Source: Eledone cirrhosa (Eukaryota). From it: a stretch of 64,000 nucleotides of DNA. Under the pieces are notes generated by a model. That model had not been told where the DNA came from. It worked only from the letters and a program-made list of their open reading frames with translations, and did not search any database. The translations under genes and the position numbers were made by a program. The stretch spans positions 84,196,001 to 84,260,000 of the forward strand of contig OZ024746.1 in assembly GCA_964016885.1 (NCBI GenBank), written 5' to 3'. Below, piece by piece: positions 42,960-56,997 of the stretch; positions within the stretch are counted from its first letter, which is position 1; every line of letters starts with the position of its first letter.

Positions 42960-43410
42960 AAATATATTAATGATTATCGGATAAGCAAAACATAAAGATG
43001 TTGAAAAGATTGTGGAATTTAAGAATTAAAGAGGCTTTAATCATCAACACAGAGAAGCCACAAATAAGCAATAGATCAAAACAACGTGGAGCATTGACTG
43101 CATACACAATCCACGCATTTAGAGCAGTAAAGGAAGAACGCATCATACGTTTTTGTTTTGCAACGTTTTTATTTTTTGCGTTTGAAAAGAGGGTTCTAAC
43201 CCTGAAATATTATGTTGGGTAGAAAACACTACTTAGTTTTGTTTTAGTTGTCATCATTTTCCTTTAATATATTTCTACTGCATTGTACCGGCTTTCTGAA
43301 GTCCTCGCCAATGAATTATAATTTTCTTTCTCTCTTGTAGAGTTTACAATATTAGCGATGTCAGGATGTGAGTGCTTCTTTTTTTTATTTTTATTAGCCT
43401 TTACTTAGCC
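42960..43410 (+). mobile_element. 3' end of a Penelope-like element (GIY-YIG C-terminus, pLTR with hammerhead-like motif, tail)
   Basis: LWNLRIKEALIINTEKPQIS (LxIKEALxI...PxLN motif); gcgt TTGAAAA gaggg-ttctaa-ccct GAAAT ATT atgt at 43178-43215; gagtgc tail motif. Confidence 0.7.
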
Positions 43411-43439
43411 GATTTAGAAAGGGGGGAATCGACGCAATA

Positions 43440-43868
43440 GTAAGCTGGTACTTTATTTATCGACCTTGATTCTACCAATTCACCACCTAATGACATTATA
43501 ATTGTTTCTACTAAGGCCAGCAATTATCCCAGTGTATTACTGGTACTTTATTTTATCGACCCCGTAAGGATGAAAGGCAAAGTTAACCTCGGCGGGGTTT
43601 GAACTCAGAATGGCAAGGGCCGTAACTCTATGCTACAAAGCATGGCGCCCGACCCTCTACCGATACTGCCAATCCACCTAATGACATTATAATAATAATA
43701 ATTGTTTCTACTTTAAGCACAAGGCCAGTAATTTGAAGGGAAAGGGAAAGTCGATTAAATCGACCTCAGTGTATTACTGGTGCTTTATTTTATCGACCCC
43801 GTAAGGATGAAAGGCGGGATTTGAACACAGAATGTAAAGGGCCATAAGCCTATGCTGCAAAGCATGGT
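43440..43868 (-). mobile_element. Cluster of Deu/Nin-core SINEs
   Basis: Full copy 43499-43678 with TSD cctaatgacattataat; older copy 43698-43868. Confidence 0.88.
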
Positions 43869-44441
43869 ATAACATATATATACTTCGTATCACATCCTTC
43901 ATCATATAGTAAAATCCAAAATGCTGAATAATAACAGGATATTTACATTATTTGATAATTTATTAATGATCACATCATTTAGTGTGGTTTAAAAATATGC
44001 CCTTAGTTATTGAAGTTAATTAGCAGGATCCGTAGAAATTTCAGGCTTATTAAAAGGATATTTTTTTTTATATTCATAGTAAATATATTATTTAAATTAC
44101 TTTCAAAAAAGCGCTTTAAAAATAAAAGAAGATAAAAACTCTACATTCTCCATTGAACAGTATGTTTCAGCTATTCCCTATAGCCAAAATGGCAAAAGCG
44201 TTGCCAGGAAAAACAGTCATTCCGTGGGTGCGATGTCCTCATCTTAATTTGGTGGAGGAAAGCGACAGTGCTGCGACGAAGGACGCCCAAGGTTTCAACA
44301 ACAGCCTCCGCGAACTTATATGTCTATTAATGACGTTATTTCTAGCTTGATTCATAAATTTATTTATTTTTTTTACGCTGTTTCGTTTTGTTAAAGATTT
44401 CAATTTGTCTTATATTTCGTTCTACTGTATAAGTAATGTGT

Positions 44442-44478
<37 letters not shown>

Positions 44479-44920
44479 CTATACCATGAAAATAAATTAT
44501 TTGTACATTTATTTCCTTATCACTATCCAGCAAACGTATTCAATGTATGATTGAAGCAATTCACTGCTAACCGCTCTCATTTTTATAACGATGCGCGTTT
44601 AGGCATCCAACCGTAGCCGTTCAATCTTTTGCATGATGAAAGACTTTCCTGTTAGAATCATTGCTGTGTTCATTGGTATTTCCATTACAAAAATTAGCAC
44701 GTTCTGTTTTTCCTTGCATAACACTATCACGTTGATATGCGGAGGATTTTCACCTTGACATGTAACTGCGGTTTCTTCTGTTTCGATGTGTGTATGGACA
44801 CATATCACCTGATAAAGTCGTTGGGCAATTTACGCCCGGCGGAGCCTATCTCTCTCTAAGTCTGAACACAGCCTATTTCTTCCCGAGAAGAAGAGAGGGG
44901 GATAAAAAGGAAATGAGAAA

Positions 44921-45270
<350 letters not shown>

Positions 45271-45793
45271 TATATATATATAACAAATGGAGACAATACA
45301 AGACGATTGGTTTTTCAAATGAATAATATTTGTTACAAATCAAGATTCTGTGACTGGGAAGAAGAGATAGAAACAAAGCCCAACATATTAGCCAAGGAGA
45401 GAAAGTATATATATTTCAGTGCAGAAGTAAATGATAAAGTAGAAAATCAAACTTTCCAGTTGTTGTCTTCCAGTTTCTTCTACAACTACAACGGTACGCG
45501 ATGGGGCCCACCCACAGCCCCGGCTAAGAAGGAGAAGTAAAAGAAAAAAATTTGTTCGTTTCCACGTAAGTCCTATTTGATAACATCTGTCTTCCCCATT
45601 AGGTGGCTATTACGGTTTGGCTGCGTAAACCGGGTTTCAGATAATGGGTTGTCCGCGTTTGATTTGCCGAATTTGGAGGGTGAGTACGGTTTGTTGGCAG
45701 GAGTGTTGGGTAAAAGTTGACGTTCTGTTTGGGGTCTTTCCTGAAGATTAGGGGACTGATTGGAGCAATAACGCTCTTATTTACGTATTATAT

Positions 45794-46147
<354 letters not shown>

Positions 46148-48832
46148 CGCCTAAATATATGTTTATACGCACACTCAAACATAGAGAGAAAGAGATATGC
46201 ATATGTATGTGTATCTGTGTGCAGAGGTGTACGCCCTGCTTCCTGCAAAAGTTTCGCTCCACACGTTCCTTTTCTTTTTGCTTTGCTTTTGTTAGTTTGC
46301 TTTTATTTTGGTGTTGTTTTTTTCTTTTGTTAAAGAAGATCAATATATTAGCTCCTGGCAAAACCAGATAGTCCAGGATTGTGTTAATGTTTAATGAGAA
46401 GATTAGCTAATTAATAAGAATATAGAAATAAAGAGCATAAAAATAGATAATGAAACGTGTAATAGTATATAATTAAAAATAGATAATGAAACATGTAATA
46501 GTATATAATTAAATAAATAAATAAAAGATATAATTATGAGAAAAGAAATTTATGTCTGATGTAATTTAATTTTAATTAATAGATGTCATTAAATTTTCTT
46601 TCTTTATTTCTGTTAGAGTTACTGTTGAACTGACTTTACTTTTCATTTAATATATTTTATTTAATTTTTGAATCTTTTCCTACTTTTGACAAGACAGTGT
46701 GAAACAAGCGCCAAAGAGTAGATAAAAGTTGAAAGTTATCATTAGACAAGTAGATACGATATCCCAGTTTCGGTTCTGAGTTGCGAGACAGTACAATTTC
46801 TCTTTACGTCTCTCAATCTCTGTGGGATGAAAAACAAACATGAACCTCATAAATTCAAATGTTCATCTTTCCATGTTTTCAATAGAAATGTCTAATCGCT
46901 TATTAACTAATCCAGTTAGTTATGTAACGTCAACCAGTAACTAGTATTCTGATAAGTAATTTAAAGTTGCCCATGTCCAAACAGACTTTGACAAAAATAT
47001 ACTGATCAAGTTAATCTTGTTGTTGCAGTTGTTGTTGTTGAATCTCAGATCTCGGTCAGCCCTGATCGGACAGATCTATGATGAAAGGCGTTCCAAGTTT
47101 CACCTTTCCGGTTTCCTTTTTTAGATCTTGGGATATATTATCTTGTGTGTCCTTCCCATTTTTTATGACGATGGGGTCTCATTCGAGGGAGATTTGTTTG
47201 ACTACTATTTAACAGCAGCTGTTTTACTCAGATCATACCGAGGTTAACTTTGAGTTCAAATCCCGCCGAGGTTAACTTTGCCTTTCATCCTTAAGGGGTT
47301 GATAACATAAAGTACCAGTAATACACTGGTTTAATTGCTGGCATTGGGCCAAAAGTAGAAACAATTATTAGCAGTGATCACCTAAGAGGCCTCCATGTTA
47401 TCTTGTACTCAGTATAGGTTATATAACCTGGTACTCGGCAGCTTGGCTTCGTAAAACAGCTGCTACTACTACTACTGTATATCATCCCCCCCCCCCTCTC
47501 TCTCTCCTTCTCTCTCCTTCTCTCTTCTTCTCTCTCCTTCTTATCAGGACATCCCGGTGGCAAGATTAGCAATAACAGCAGGATAGAATTAGGTTCTCTC
47601 TGTAATATTTCCATTCAAAACCAAGAAAAAAATGAGCCAATGTGTGTGTGTGTGGGGGGGGGGGGGGGTCCTCTACGTGGTCGATCGACTAGCTTGAAAT
47701 AGCAACCACATCTTCGTCAAATTACAAATCCCTATCATCTCAAAAAGGGAAGAATATATTAGATAGTACACTCCTAGATACACCACTCCACCCCAACAAA
47801 ATCGGGATTGTCACGACTGGAATGCCCTTTATCATAGGTCTGCTCGATCAGAGTTGACTCGAAACTAAACAATAACAATACTGCGGTTTCTACTGTAACA
47901 ACGATGACGACGACGATAATGATGGTGACGATGGCGGTGACGATGGCGGTGACGATGGCGGTGACGATGGCGGTGACCATGGAGTAATCAAGACTCATAT
48001 CATTTGTAGAGAATTAATTAGCAAGACTGAATAATATTACGGAAGATGTGCAAGAACTCCCAGAATTAATTAATCTATTTGATGATTTGAGCTGTAAGAA
48101 GGCATCAATGAATAATGATGGAAAATTGATTAAATATGGTTAAATGAAGCAGACTGTTAGAGAGAGATTGAATAGGTTGAGAATCTAAAGAATTTATATG
48201 CAATGAACTAAATGGAAGATAAAAAATCTCTGAGATTAATGCAATTTCAATACTATTTTATAGTTTTAATATTATATTTCAATTGATGAGGACGATAGAT
48301 TAGCAATATTTAATTTACGTTTGTTTGCAAGTTCAAATCTCACCGGAGTCGACTTTGCCTTCCATTCCTTGGCAGTTGATAAAATACAGCATCAATCGTG
48401 TACTGGAGTTCGATATAATCGATTGTTCCCTAACGTCCAAATTATGTAGTTTTGTGTCAACATTAGAAGTCAATTATTACTTTTGAGAGCTATGAATTTG
48501 TAATGAGTAGATTGGCAGAATCGTCAGAGCGTCGGACGAACTCCATTGCGGCATTAGTTCCGATATTTTTGATTTTTTTTTTTTTACGTTAAACATCCAG
48601 CTACAGTTGGAACTAATTTTCAGCTGAATATTTCTGAAGCAACGTGAAATAAAGTGCTTTCCTCAAGAACACAACACACTATCCGGATATTATGATCGTA
48701 AGTCTCACACTTTAACCATTAGAGCATGCACCTTCACCACCAAGGATTGACTTGTGACTAAATAACAACTTTATAACTACAAAATCAATTCCTTATACGC
48801 ATCTAGGTAGAGCCTTACATTTTATAAAAAAT

Positions 48833-49010
48833 AATTGTTTCTACTTTTGGCACAAGGCCAGCAATTATCTCAGTGTATTACTGGTACTTTATTTTATCGT
48901 CCTCGTAAGGATGAAAAGCAAAGTTAACCTCGGCGGGATTTGAACTCAAACCGCAAAGGGGTGTAACTGGATGCTGCAAAGCATGGCGTCCGACCCTCTA
49001 GCGATACTGC
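48833..49010 (-). mobile_element. Deu/Nin-core SINE
   Basis: Consensus match; cattttataaaaa on both flanks. Confidence 0.88.
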
Positions 49011-49026
49011 ATTTTATAAAAAAAAA

Positions 49027-49619
49027 CTAGCAGTGGTACCCGGCGTTGCACGGGATAAGGTATTGTGAAATATATAACCACCTTAGCTAAGCTTAGTATT
49101 GCCACAACCACGGCTGGCAAAGAAGTAAGGGTATGGTGGTACGTAAGTAAGCAACACTGTGGATTAAAACGTGAGGAATAAGTTGTGTGCACTTACCAAC
49201 TGTTTGGGGAATGAGTGTGAGATTTGTCTTGAGCAAGGGTGGCAGAAGAACCGGAAGCAGCAGACAGCCAGACATACAGACAGATATTATAAGGGCGCGT
49301 TCTGGACGCAGAGCGAATTGTAGGAAGTGACGTAATGCAGACAGCCAGACATACAGACAGATATTATAAGGGCGCGACGTTATATGTATGTATCTATCTA
49401 AAAAGAGAAAGATTAAGAATTATAGAGAGAGATCGCTAAATCGCCTAATGCGGTCCCTAGGGCATTGAAAATTTGAAATTTCTTTTTGCTCAGAACACTC
49501 CCTGAAACATAAGTATTACATATGTAAAGTTTGAAAACAGTCGGTTGGGTGATTCTCTAGTTTTAGGGATTCAAACTCACACACACACTGACAGACATCC
49601 TCAGTTTTATATATATAGA
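49027..49619 (-). mobile_element. Non-autonomous Helitron
   Basis: Minus strand 5' A|TCTATATATATAAAA ... cccg-tgcaacgc-cggg hairpin, taccactg, CTAG|T 3'; no TSD; internal about 40-bp direct repeat at 49260/49338. Confidence 0.82.
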
Positions 49620-49622
49620 TAA

Positions 49623-49790
49623 TAATTGTTTCTACTTTAGGCACAAGGCCAGCAATTACCCAGTACATTACTGGTACTTTATTTGAAAGGCAAAGTTAAC
49701 CTCGGCGGGATTTGAACTCAGTCCGTAAAGGGACGTAACTGTGCTACAAAGCATGGCGTCCGACCCTCTACCGATACTGCCAATCCACCG
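49623..49790 (-). mobile_element. Deu/Nin-core SINE with internal deletion
   Basis: tatagataataat on both flanks. Confidence 0.88.
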
Positions 49791-49944
49791 CTCTTTATAG
49801 ATAATAATGAAATTTCGAAGACCAATAAAGTTTCCCCAAAATGACTTGAAAGAAAATTTAAAACCAACCTCCTGCTATATTGGTTTCAACCACCTGAGAT
49901 TATATATATATATATTATATTTATATATATATAGTAATAATAAT

Positions 49945-50112
49945 AAATTTGAAGACTAAAATCCAAAGAGGGCTCGATAAGGATAAATATATATCAGATA
50001 TATAAGAACCGTAGAGCAAATATTTATTAAAATAACAGATTAAAGTTTAAGCAAAGAATCGGTGCTTTCACCCTTCAGCGATTCTTTGCTTAAACTTTAA
50101 TCTGTTATTTTA

Positions 50113-50120
<8 letters not shown>
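49945..50120. repeat. (TA)n-embedded hairpin module with collapsed hammerhead-like loop
   Basis: 42-bp perfect arms 50020-50061/50079-50120; loop reads ctgaagggtgaaagcac on minus. Confidence 0.7.
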
Positions 50121-50168
<48 letters not shown>

Positions 50169-50215
50169 TATATATGTTATCCATGCGCTACCTGCAGTAT
50201 TTTTCTCCATATTTT

Positions 50216-50272
<57 letters not shown>

Positions 50273-50499
50273 TTTATTATGGTTAAGCCTTGTTACCCTA
50301 AAATAGCGTTTCTCAATCGGTTTTCCCTGGAACCCTAGGGATCCGTGATAGATAAGCTAATGCATTTTTGTGTAATTTTTATTTAATTTTATGTTCGCAA
50401 TTTTACTATATTGATGTGTAATCATGAATGTGATTCTGTCAACTTATGTGTATGTATGTGTTTCTGTACATAGTATCCGTGTGTGTGTGTGTGTGTGAC

Positions 50500-50672
50500 A
50501 GACAGAGAAAGATATGGGAGGACAACATCCCGAAATGGACAGGCTGAGTGAAACAGACTGAGTGCAACCATGGGGAAGGTGGAGAGGCGAGCGGAATGGA
50601 AGGAGCTGGTTGTCAGGTCATCTATGGCGCCCCAACGGTCCACCAGTCTATGGGATAGATGAAATGAGATGA
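50500..50672 (+). pseudogene. RTE-clade LINE 3' end
   Basis: RQRKIWEDNIPKWTG ... RRAEWKELVVRSSMAPQRSTSLWDR. Confidence 0.75.
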
Positions 50673-52461
50673 AAGTGTGTGTATGGGTGGCTACAATATA
50701 AAGTGAAGGCACGTGGCTTCATAAAGCCACGATGTCGATTGACGACAGCGCGTTGTGTTCTTGAGCAAGACAATATATTTTTCACTGATCCATTTCATTC
50801 ATCTGGCAAAAATGAGTTATACCTGTAATTCAGATGATTAGGCTTGTCACAGACTGGGTCACACTGAGTCTGCCTGGGAGCAATGTTAATGGTACACGTG
50901 GGATACTCATCCACTCACACGTTAATTTCATGACTAGGCAGTTATGTTGATCAAACAACTGGAACACTCGTCGTCAGAAACGACGGAGGTCCAACCCATA
51001 ACCTTCTATTGTGTTATGCTTTATAGTTTCTGATTGAAGCACAAGGCCAATAATTTTTGGGGAGGGAGAAAGTCAATTAAATCTACCCCAGTACGTTGCA
51101 GGTACTTCATTTTATCGACCCCATAAGGATGAAAGGCAAAGTTCACCTCGGCAGGATTTGAACTCAGATCGTAAAGATCACTAACTATATGCCACAAAAC
51201 ATGTCCGACGCTCTACCGATACTGCCAGTATGCTTATAATTGTTATTTTCAAATAAATCTAGAAACCATTTGTGGGCACTAATTTGTTGCTGGGTTTCCT
51301 TAGGTTATATAGTATCTGTGTGGAGGAAACACAATCATGACGTCCCGGGTACGAACCCACTCCATGGCATCTTGAGCAAATATCATTTACCATATCCTCA
51401 AGTAGACGCATACCTTGTGAGTGAAATTGGGGAGACTGAGATTGTTTGGAAGTTCTTCAGGTGGACTGTACCCGTAATTCAGAGGGTCGTCTTTGTCATA
51501 CACTGTTTCACGCTGAATTTCTCTGAAAATTATGTTAAGACTACACGTGCTTATGGAATACTCTGCTACTTTTTTTTCTAGGATTAAATTACATAAAAAT
51601 AATAAAGAATTTAATATTTAGTTAAATAGAAAGAAAGTAGTATTGGAAAGGACTACACATGCTATAAATGAGAGGAAAAGGAGGGAAAGATCAAAGATGA
51701 TTAGGCGACAAAAGAAAGAAAGGAATAAAGGGAGCGGTTGACAGACTTACACTTTAATTTCAGCAGCAAGCTGTTCCGTTGATCAAACGACTGTAACACT
51801 CACTGACGAAACCGACGGAGATCCATCCCATAGAATCTGTGTATTTTTTGTTTTGTTTTGCTCTTTCTGTTTGTTTGTTTGCTTTGCTTTTGTTTGTTTG
51901 TTTTGTTTTGTTTTGTTTTTGTCATTAGGTTGAGAGAAACTGGGTTGAATAGCCTTACATGTTCCCTTCACCTACAACATTTTAACGTTGAAAGTGGAAA
52001 AAATGTTAATTAAAGCAATGGTATTGATATTTTATAAAAATTAAATTTATATTCTTGTATTAATGTTAACTCTAAGAAAATCGATATTTCGCAAAAATAA
52101 ATTAAAATTGAATTTGAAAGAAAACAAAAGGATATTGATTGCTTTTTTAGGTGTTTCTTTCATTAAGCATTCAGTCAATTTCTGTATCAATTGGGGATAT
52201 AGTCGAATAAATTTCCTCCCGATATTACTGGTACTCTCTTTATCAATTCTGTGGGTAGTGGATATTTAGTTCTGATATTTACTTTCCTTGTTTAAATCTT
52301 GTTAAGCCCAGCTTTGTGGTTTCATCATTCCAGAGTCGTTGAAATAAGTACAACGAGCCACAAAATGGTGTTTGTGAGCTCACTCAGCTAGCTAGAAATA
52401 GCAGCTAAATCCTCATATTAAATCATGTCTTAAAAGAGAGAAGAGACATGTTCATCTAAAA

Positions 52462-52648
52462 TAATTGTTTCTACTTTTGGCACAAGGCCAGCAATTACCC
52501 AGTGCATTACTAGTACTTTATTTTATCGACCCCGTAGGATGAAAGGCAAAGTTAACCTTGGCGGGATTTGAACTCAGAATGGCAAAGGCCGTAACTCTAT
52601 GCTGGAAAGCATGGTGTCGACCCTCTACTGATACTGCCAATCCACCAG
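52462..52648 (-). mobile_element. Deu/Nin-core SINE
   Basis: Consensus match; catctaaaataa on both sides. Confidence 0.88.
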
Positions 52649-54059
52649 CCCCTTAATGTACATCTAAAATAAGGTTGTCCTTGATGCTTTGGAGGCGGAT
52701 TTCGTACAACATAATGCCAACGGATGCTTACCAGACTTGTCAACTCTCCCCGTCTGACGGGGAGATCACCCACCCACTTTGGGGTGGGTGAAAGATGTCT
52801 TCTTTTGTGAAAATGGGTATAGCTTTCATTATGTAAAATCTCCCCATTTTGTCTCATTTCTCCCCGTTTTGGGGCACTTTTTTTCATGGTACTCCCCGTT
52901 GGGGTTTTTAGAGGTTGGCAGGTGTGGCTTATGTTGTGTATTGTTTCAAATGCGGTTAGTTCCTGCAAGAAGCCTCTTTATGCTCCTGCAGGCTTCTGTA
53001 TGTCCTTGTAGGCCTCCGTAGGTGTACGCCGTTTGGGCAACTGCCCACTGCTAAACAGCCGTGTCAGGCCAGATGACGTAGATGGCGTACAACAGCCTGG
53101 AGTCTAGGATATTGAATTTGAATGAAACTCGTCATATGAAAATATACTAATGTTGCATAGGTACAGTAATTAGAATTTTACATTTTACAAATGTCATAGT
53201 GTTTATAGAAAATAATGAAATGAATACTGATTTGCAAAATTAAAATATTTATAAAATTAAAATAAGATAAAATAAAACACAATTTCATTATTATATTCGC
53301 AATAAATATGTTATTAAAAACAGCAATATTGGTTACCTATTAATTAATTGCCTATAAAAAGGAAAGGAGCCGCCCTCCCAACCCCTAATCCACGCGAATG
53401 CACATGATTTAGTGGTTAGGGTGTTGGACTCACGATTATGAAGTCGTGTGTTCAAATCGTGGACCGGACTGTACGTTGTATTCTTGAACGAAATACTTTA
53501 TTTTACGCTGCTTCTGCCAGATAATATTATCAATGGAAGCATTGTTTCCTTGGTTCGATCTGACTATCGGCTCTTTTCCTTTTCTAATTATAGATTTAAT
53601 ATATTGATTAATTTCATATAAAGTATCTTGGCATTTTTATTGTGACCAAGCAACCAACAATGAGTACTATTAGTATTGATAGTATTTCTATTATCTTATA
53701 TTATCTTATATTGATTGGTAGTTATGCTATGAAAAACAAAGTCTGTAACTGAACCTAACTAAACACAGTAACGTATTTTGTCGGACATTTTATCGGCGAT
53801 TCTGCCAATCTACCGCCTGGTAACATTGTACCTTAAACAAAGGTATATATTGACCACTGTTTGAATACCTTTGATCATAGATCTGTTCACCCGATAATTT
53901 ATAATTTTTTAATTGCTTTATAGCGTTTGCTACTTCAGTTAATGATATTTCCCCAGTATCAACGTCCGGATTCCCTTCCGCTGGGGTGGGGACGGGGATG
54001 GGGATGTATTCTTCATTTTGTGGAATTAGCCTGTTTAATACTATTTCAAATAGTTCCTT

Positions 54060-54500
54060 CTATATTTTCCTTATGTCTAATTCAGCGCGCCTTGTTTTAT
54101 ATGGGCGTACTTGTAATTTCTTTGATTGATTGATAACTCAATTCGATATTCTTCCTCCCTACTTTCTCTAATCATTTGAACTTCAATCTTATCTGCAATG
54201 TCATTCAAGTACTTCTTTTCACGCCTAGTCAATCTTCTTACTTTGCTATGAAAGCTTCGGTTCTTAAAATAGATAATTATTTTTATCATAATCATTTACA
54301 GCTACACATTTCCGTTTTCTATCTTGTCCAATGTTTAATTAGTAATCTGTCTTTTCCTCTTACTTTTTCTTTCACTTGCAAGTGTTACTTTTGCTGTTTG
54401 TAGTACAGTTTCTTGAATATCATTCCACATCTGATGTAGAACTTTCACACCTTTCTCTTTACCTAGAAATGACTGTAGAACAATAAATTTGTTTCTACAT
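54060..54500 (-). pseudogene. RTE-like LINE ORF fragment (region between endonuclease and RT)
   Basis: CRNKFIVL...WNDIQETVLQTAKVTL...ITN*TLDKIE...KVRRLTRREKKYLNDIADKIE. Confidence 0.6.
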
Positions 54501-55167
54501 TCACACACATACAAGGTGTCCCAAGAAATGTATACACACTTCAACAGCATTCTAATAAATATTGCCTATACAGGTAATCCAAGTGCATATTATTCTTTTA
54601 CATTTTTGTTAGTTCTCATCTTTTCTATATAAAACCTTAGAGTCGAGATTCTATTTTTAGCTTAATTTTTAATTTAACATTGTGAGTTGATAATCGCGTC
54701 TAACATCTGCCCCCTCGCTTAACCTTTATAGATCTTGGTGATGCCCTATGTTGTTCATCGATTGCAGTATAGTCGATTGATTTCGGTATTTCCCGTTTAT
54801 GGAAGTAAATAGGTGTATATTTCTATACTCAAACATTATATCACCAATAATGAATTAATTTGCTATACAAAAACTATCAAACCGTAAACCAATTTCATTC
54901 ATTTTCTTCTTATGCTTTGTTTTGTCATACATTCAGATAAACCGCCATTACAACTTTCCAATATGTCATTAAAGCACATCATATTTTGCTCTCCTTATAA
55001 CTGTCTTTTGAAGCTTGACACAATATTCATCATTCTTATCGTCTCTTGTTTCATTTGTGGGAGTATAGCATACGAATATTTTAACATTTCCATGTCTAGG
55101 CCTGAACCTAACATCTCATCAATTGATTATATTTAAATAAGTGGTTCACCACCTCGTTTATTCATTA

Positions 55168-55864
55168 ATAATTGTTTCTACATTTGGCACAAGGCCAGCA
55201 ATTATCCCAGTGTATTACTGGTACTTTATTTTATCGATCCCGTAAGGATGAAAGGCAAATTTAACCTCAGCGGGATTTGAACTCAGACCATAAAGGGCTG
55301 TAACTCTATGCATGGCGTCAGACTCTCTACCGATAATTGTTTCTACATTTGGCACAAGGCCAGCAATTATCCCAGTGTATTACTGGTACTTTATTTTATC
55401 GATCCCGTAAGGATGAAAGGCAAATTTAACCTCAGCGGGATTTGAACTCAGACCATAAAGGGCTGTAACTCTTTGCATGGCGTCAGACTCTCTACCGATA
55501 ATTGTTTCTACTTTTGGCACAAGGCCAGCAACTGTCCCAGTGCATTGCTGGTACTTTATTTTATCGACCCCGTAAAGATGAAAGGCAAAGTTGACCTCGG
55601 CGGGATTTGAACTCAGAATGGCAAGGGTCGTAACTATGCGTCGAAGCATGGTGTCAGACTCTCTACCGTTACCGATAATTGTTTCTATATTTAGGCACAA
55701 GGCCAGCAATTACCCAGTATATTACTGGTACTTTATTTTATCGACCCCGTAAGGATGAAAGGCAAAGTTAACCTCGGCGGGATTTGAACTCAGATCATAA
55801 AGGGACGTAACTCTATGCTTCAAAGCATGGTGTCCGACTCTCTACCAATACTGCCAATCTACCG
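55168..55864 (-). mobile_element. Tandem array of four Deu/Nin-core SINEs
   Basis: Units about 55168-55335, 55335-55500, 55500-55675, 55676-55864 joined at taccgataat. Confidence 0.93.
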
Positions 55865-56449
55865 TTACCGATAATGACTTCCTTTTGTTGTGCCCTGAGA
55901 AAATAGGGGTTGTCACTGTGTATGCGGAATGTCAAGGTGCCTTCATACACTGTTACCCTCACTACGTTTAGCCGAGATGATTACCAAGGAGAATCAAAAC
56001 GGCATCGCAGATTCTGTTCCCCTGTACATAATTCCTGCTATACGGCATTTGCCAGAAGTGCAAATTTGTTTTATGGCACAAAAATGTCTACATTTTCCGA
56101 GAGAATAAATTAGAAGTTGTGACCTTTACGCTTTTCCTAAAACCCATACTAATAGTGAAATCAATTGAAACCACATCGCAGAATCGGCAGGAGTTGCTTA
56201 CATCTTGTTATTACTGTTGTTTTTTAGACCCAAGTCAGTGCTTATCGAACACGCCTTATAAACTTATGTGTATAGGACATCAATTTTCAATGTAGACCTC
56301 AGTTTTGTAAGACAAACGTATGATTTGATGTAAATGTAACTGTTATTTCAGTCAGGTCAAGCAACCATGTGTGGGATACTTTTGGTTTGCCTCTTTCTTA
56401 CCTTTTACACAGTGGTGTGTATCACAGATAAGACAAATCAATATTGATC

Positions 56450-56997
56450 ATGAACAAGAATAAACGATTAGATTTATTGAAAGTTTTATTGCATTCTTAC
56501 TTCACATATAATAAAACTGCAGCTTCAATTACATACTTCAGCAGTGTCTACAAATAAATACTTCCATGTGCAGACATTCACTTCAAAACTGCTTCTGAAT
56601 TAGATTAAAGAATAAATACTAACGGAAACAGATTTAGCAGCCTCCCTTTAATACCTTTTGAGGCAAGCCAACTCACTGGTAATATTATTGCTGGTGATAG
56701 CACAGGAACAACTAAGCATCCTCACGGGCATCACCTGATACCGCGGTAAGGCGAGCTGCCAACGATGACAAGAACTTCGTTGTCAGCGGCGCAGCTCCTC
56801 CAAACGTCTTGAATGTCACGGCTGGAAAAAATAATTTGTCGATTCTTACTCGTGCACAAATGGAAGCACATCCAAAGGATAACAGACGAAGAGACAAAGA
56901 AATATAATAGCTTACTTGTTGAGTGGAGACTACCATACTTTAAGTAGATAACAAAATTATTTAATTAATCAAAGTTAATTAATTAATCAATGTAACA
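56450..56997 (-). mobile_element. Possible solo LTR
   Basis: Minus strand TGTTACA ... TATA-like tattaaaggg ... two aataaa ... TGTTCA; no TSD found. Confidence 0.35.

Noticed and set aside
44599-44880. Possible minus-strand terminal exon
   Set aside because: All frames are interrupted and no motif is recognisable
55380-55709. Recurrent peptide [23 protein letters not shown] suggesting a protein family
   Set aside because: Chance translation of the SINE core
55168-55864. CRISPR-like regular array
   Set aside because: Units are 165-190 bp SINE copies without unique spacers; eukaryotic context, no cas genes
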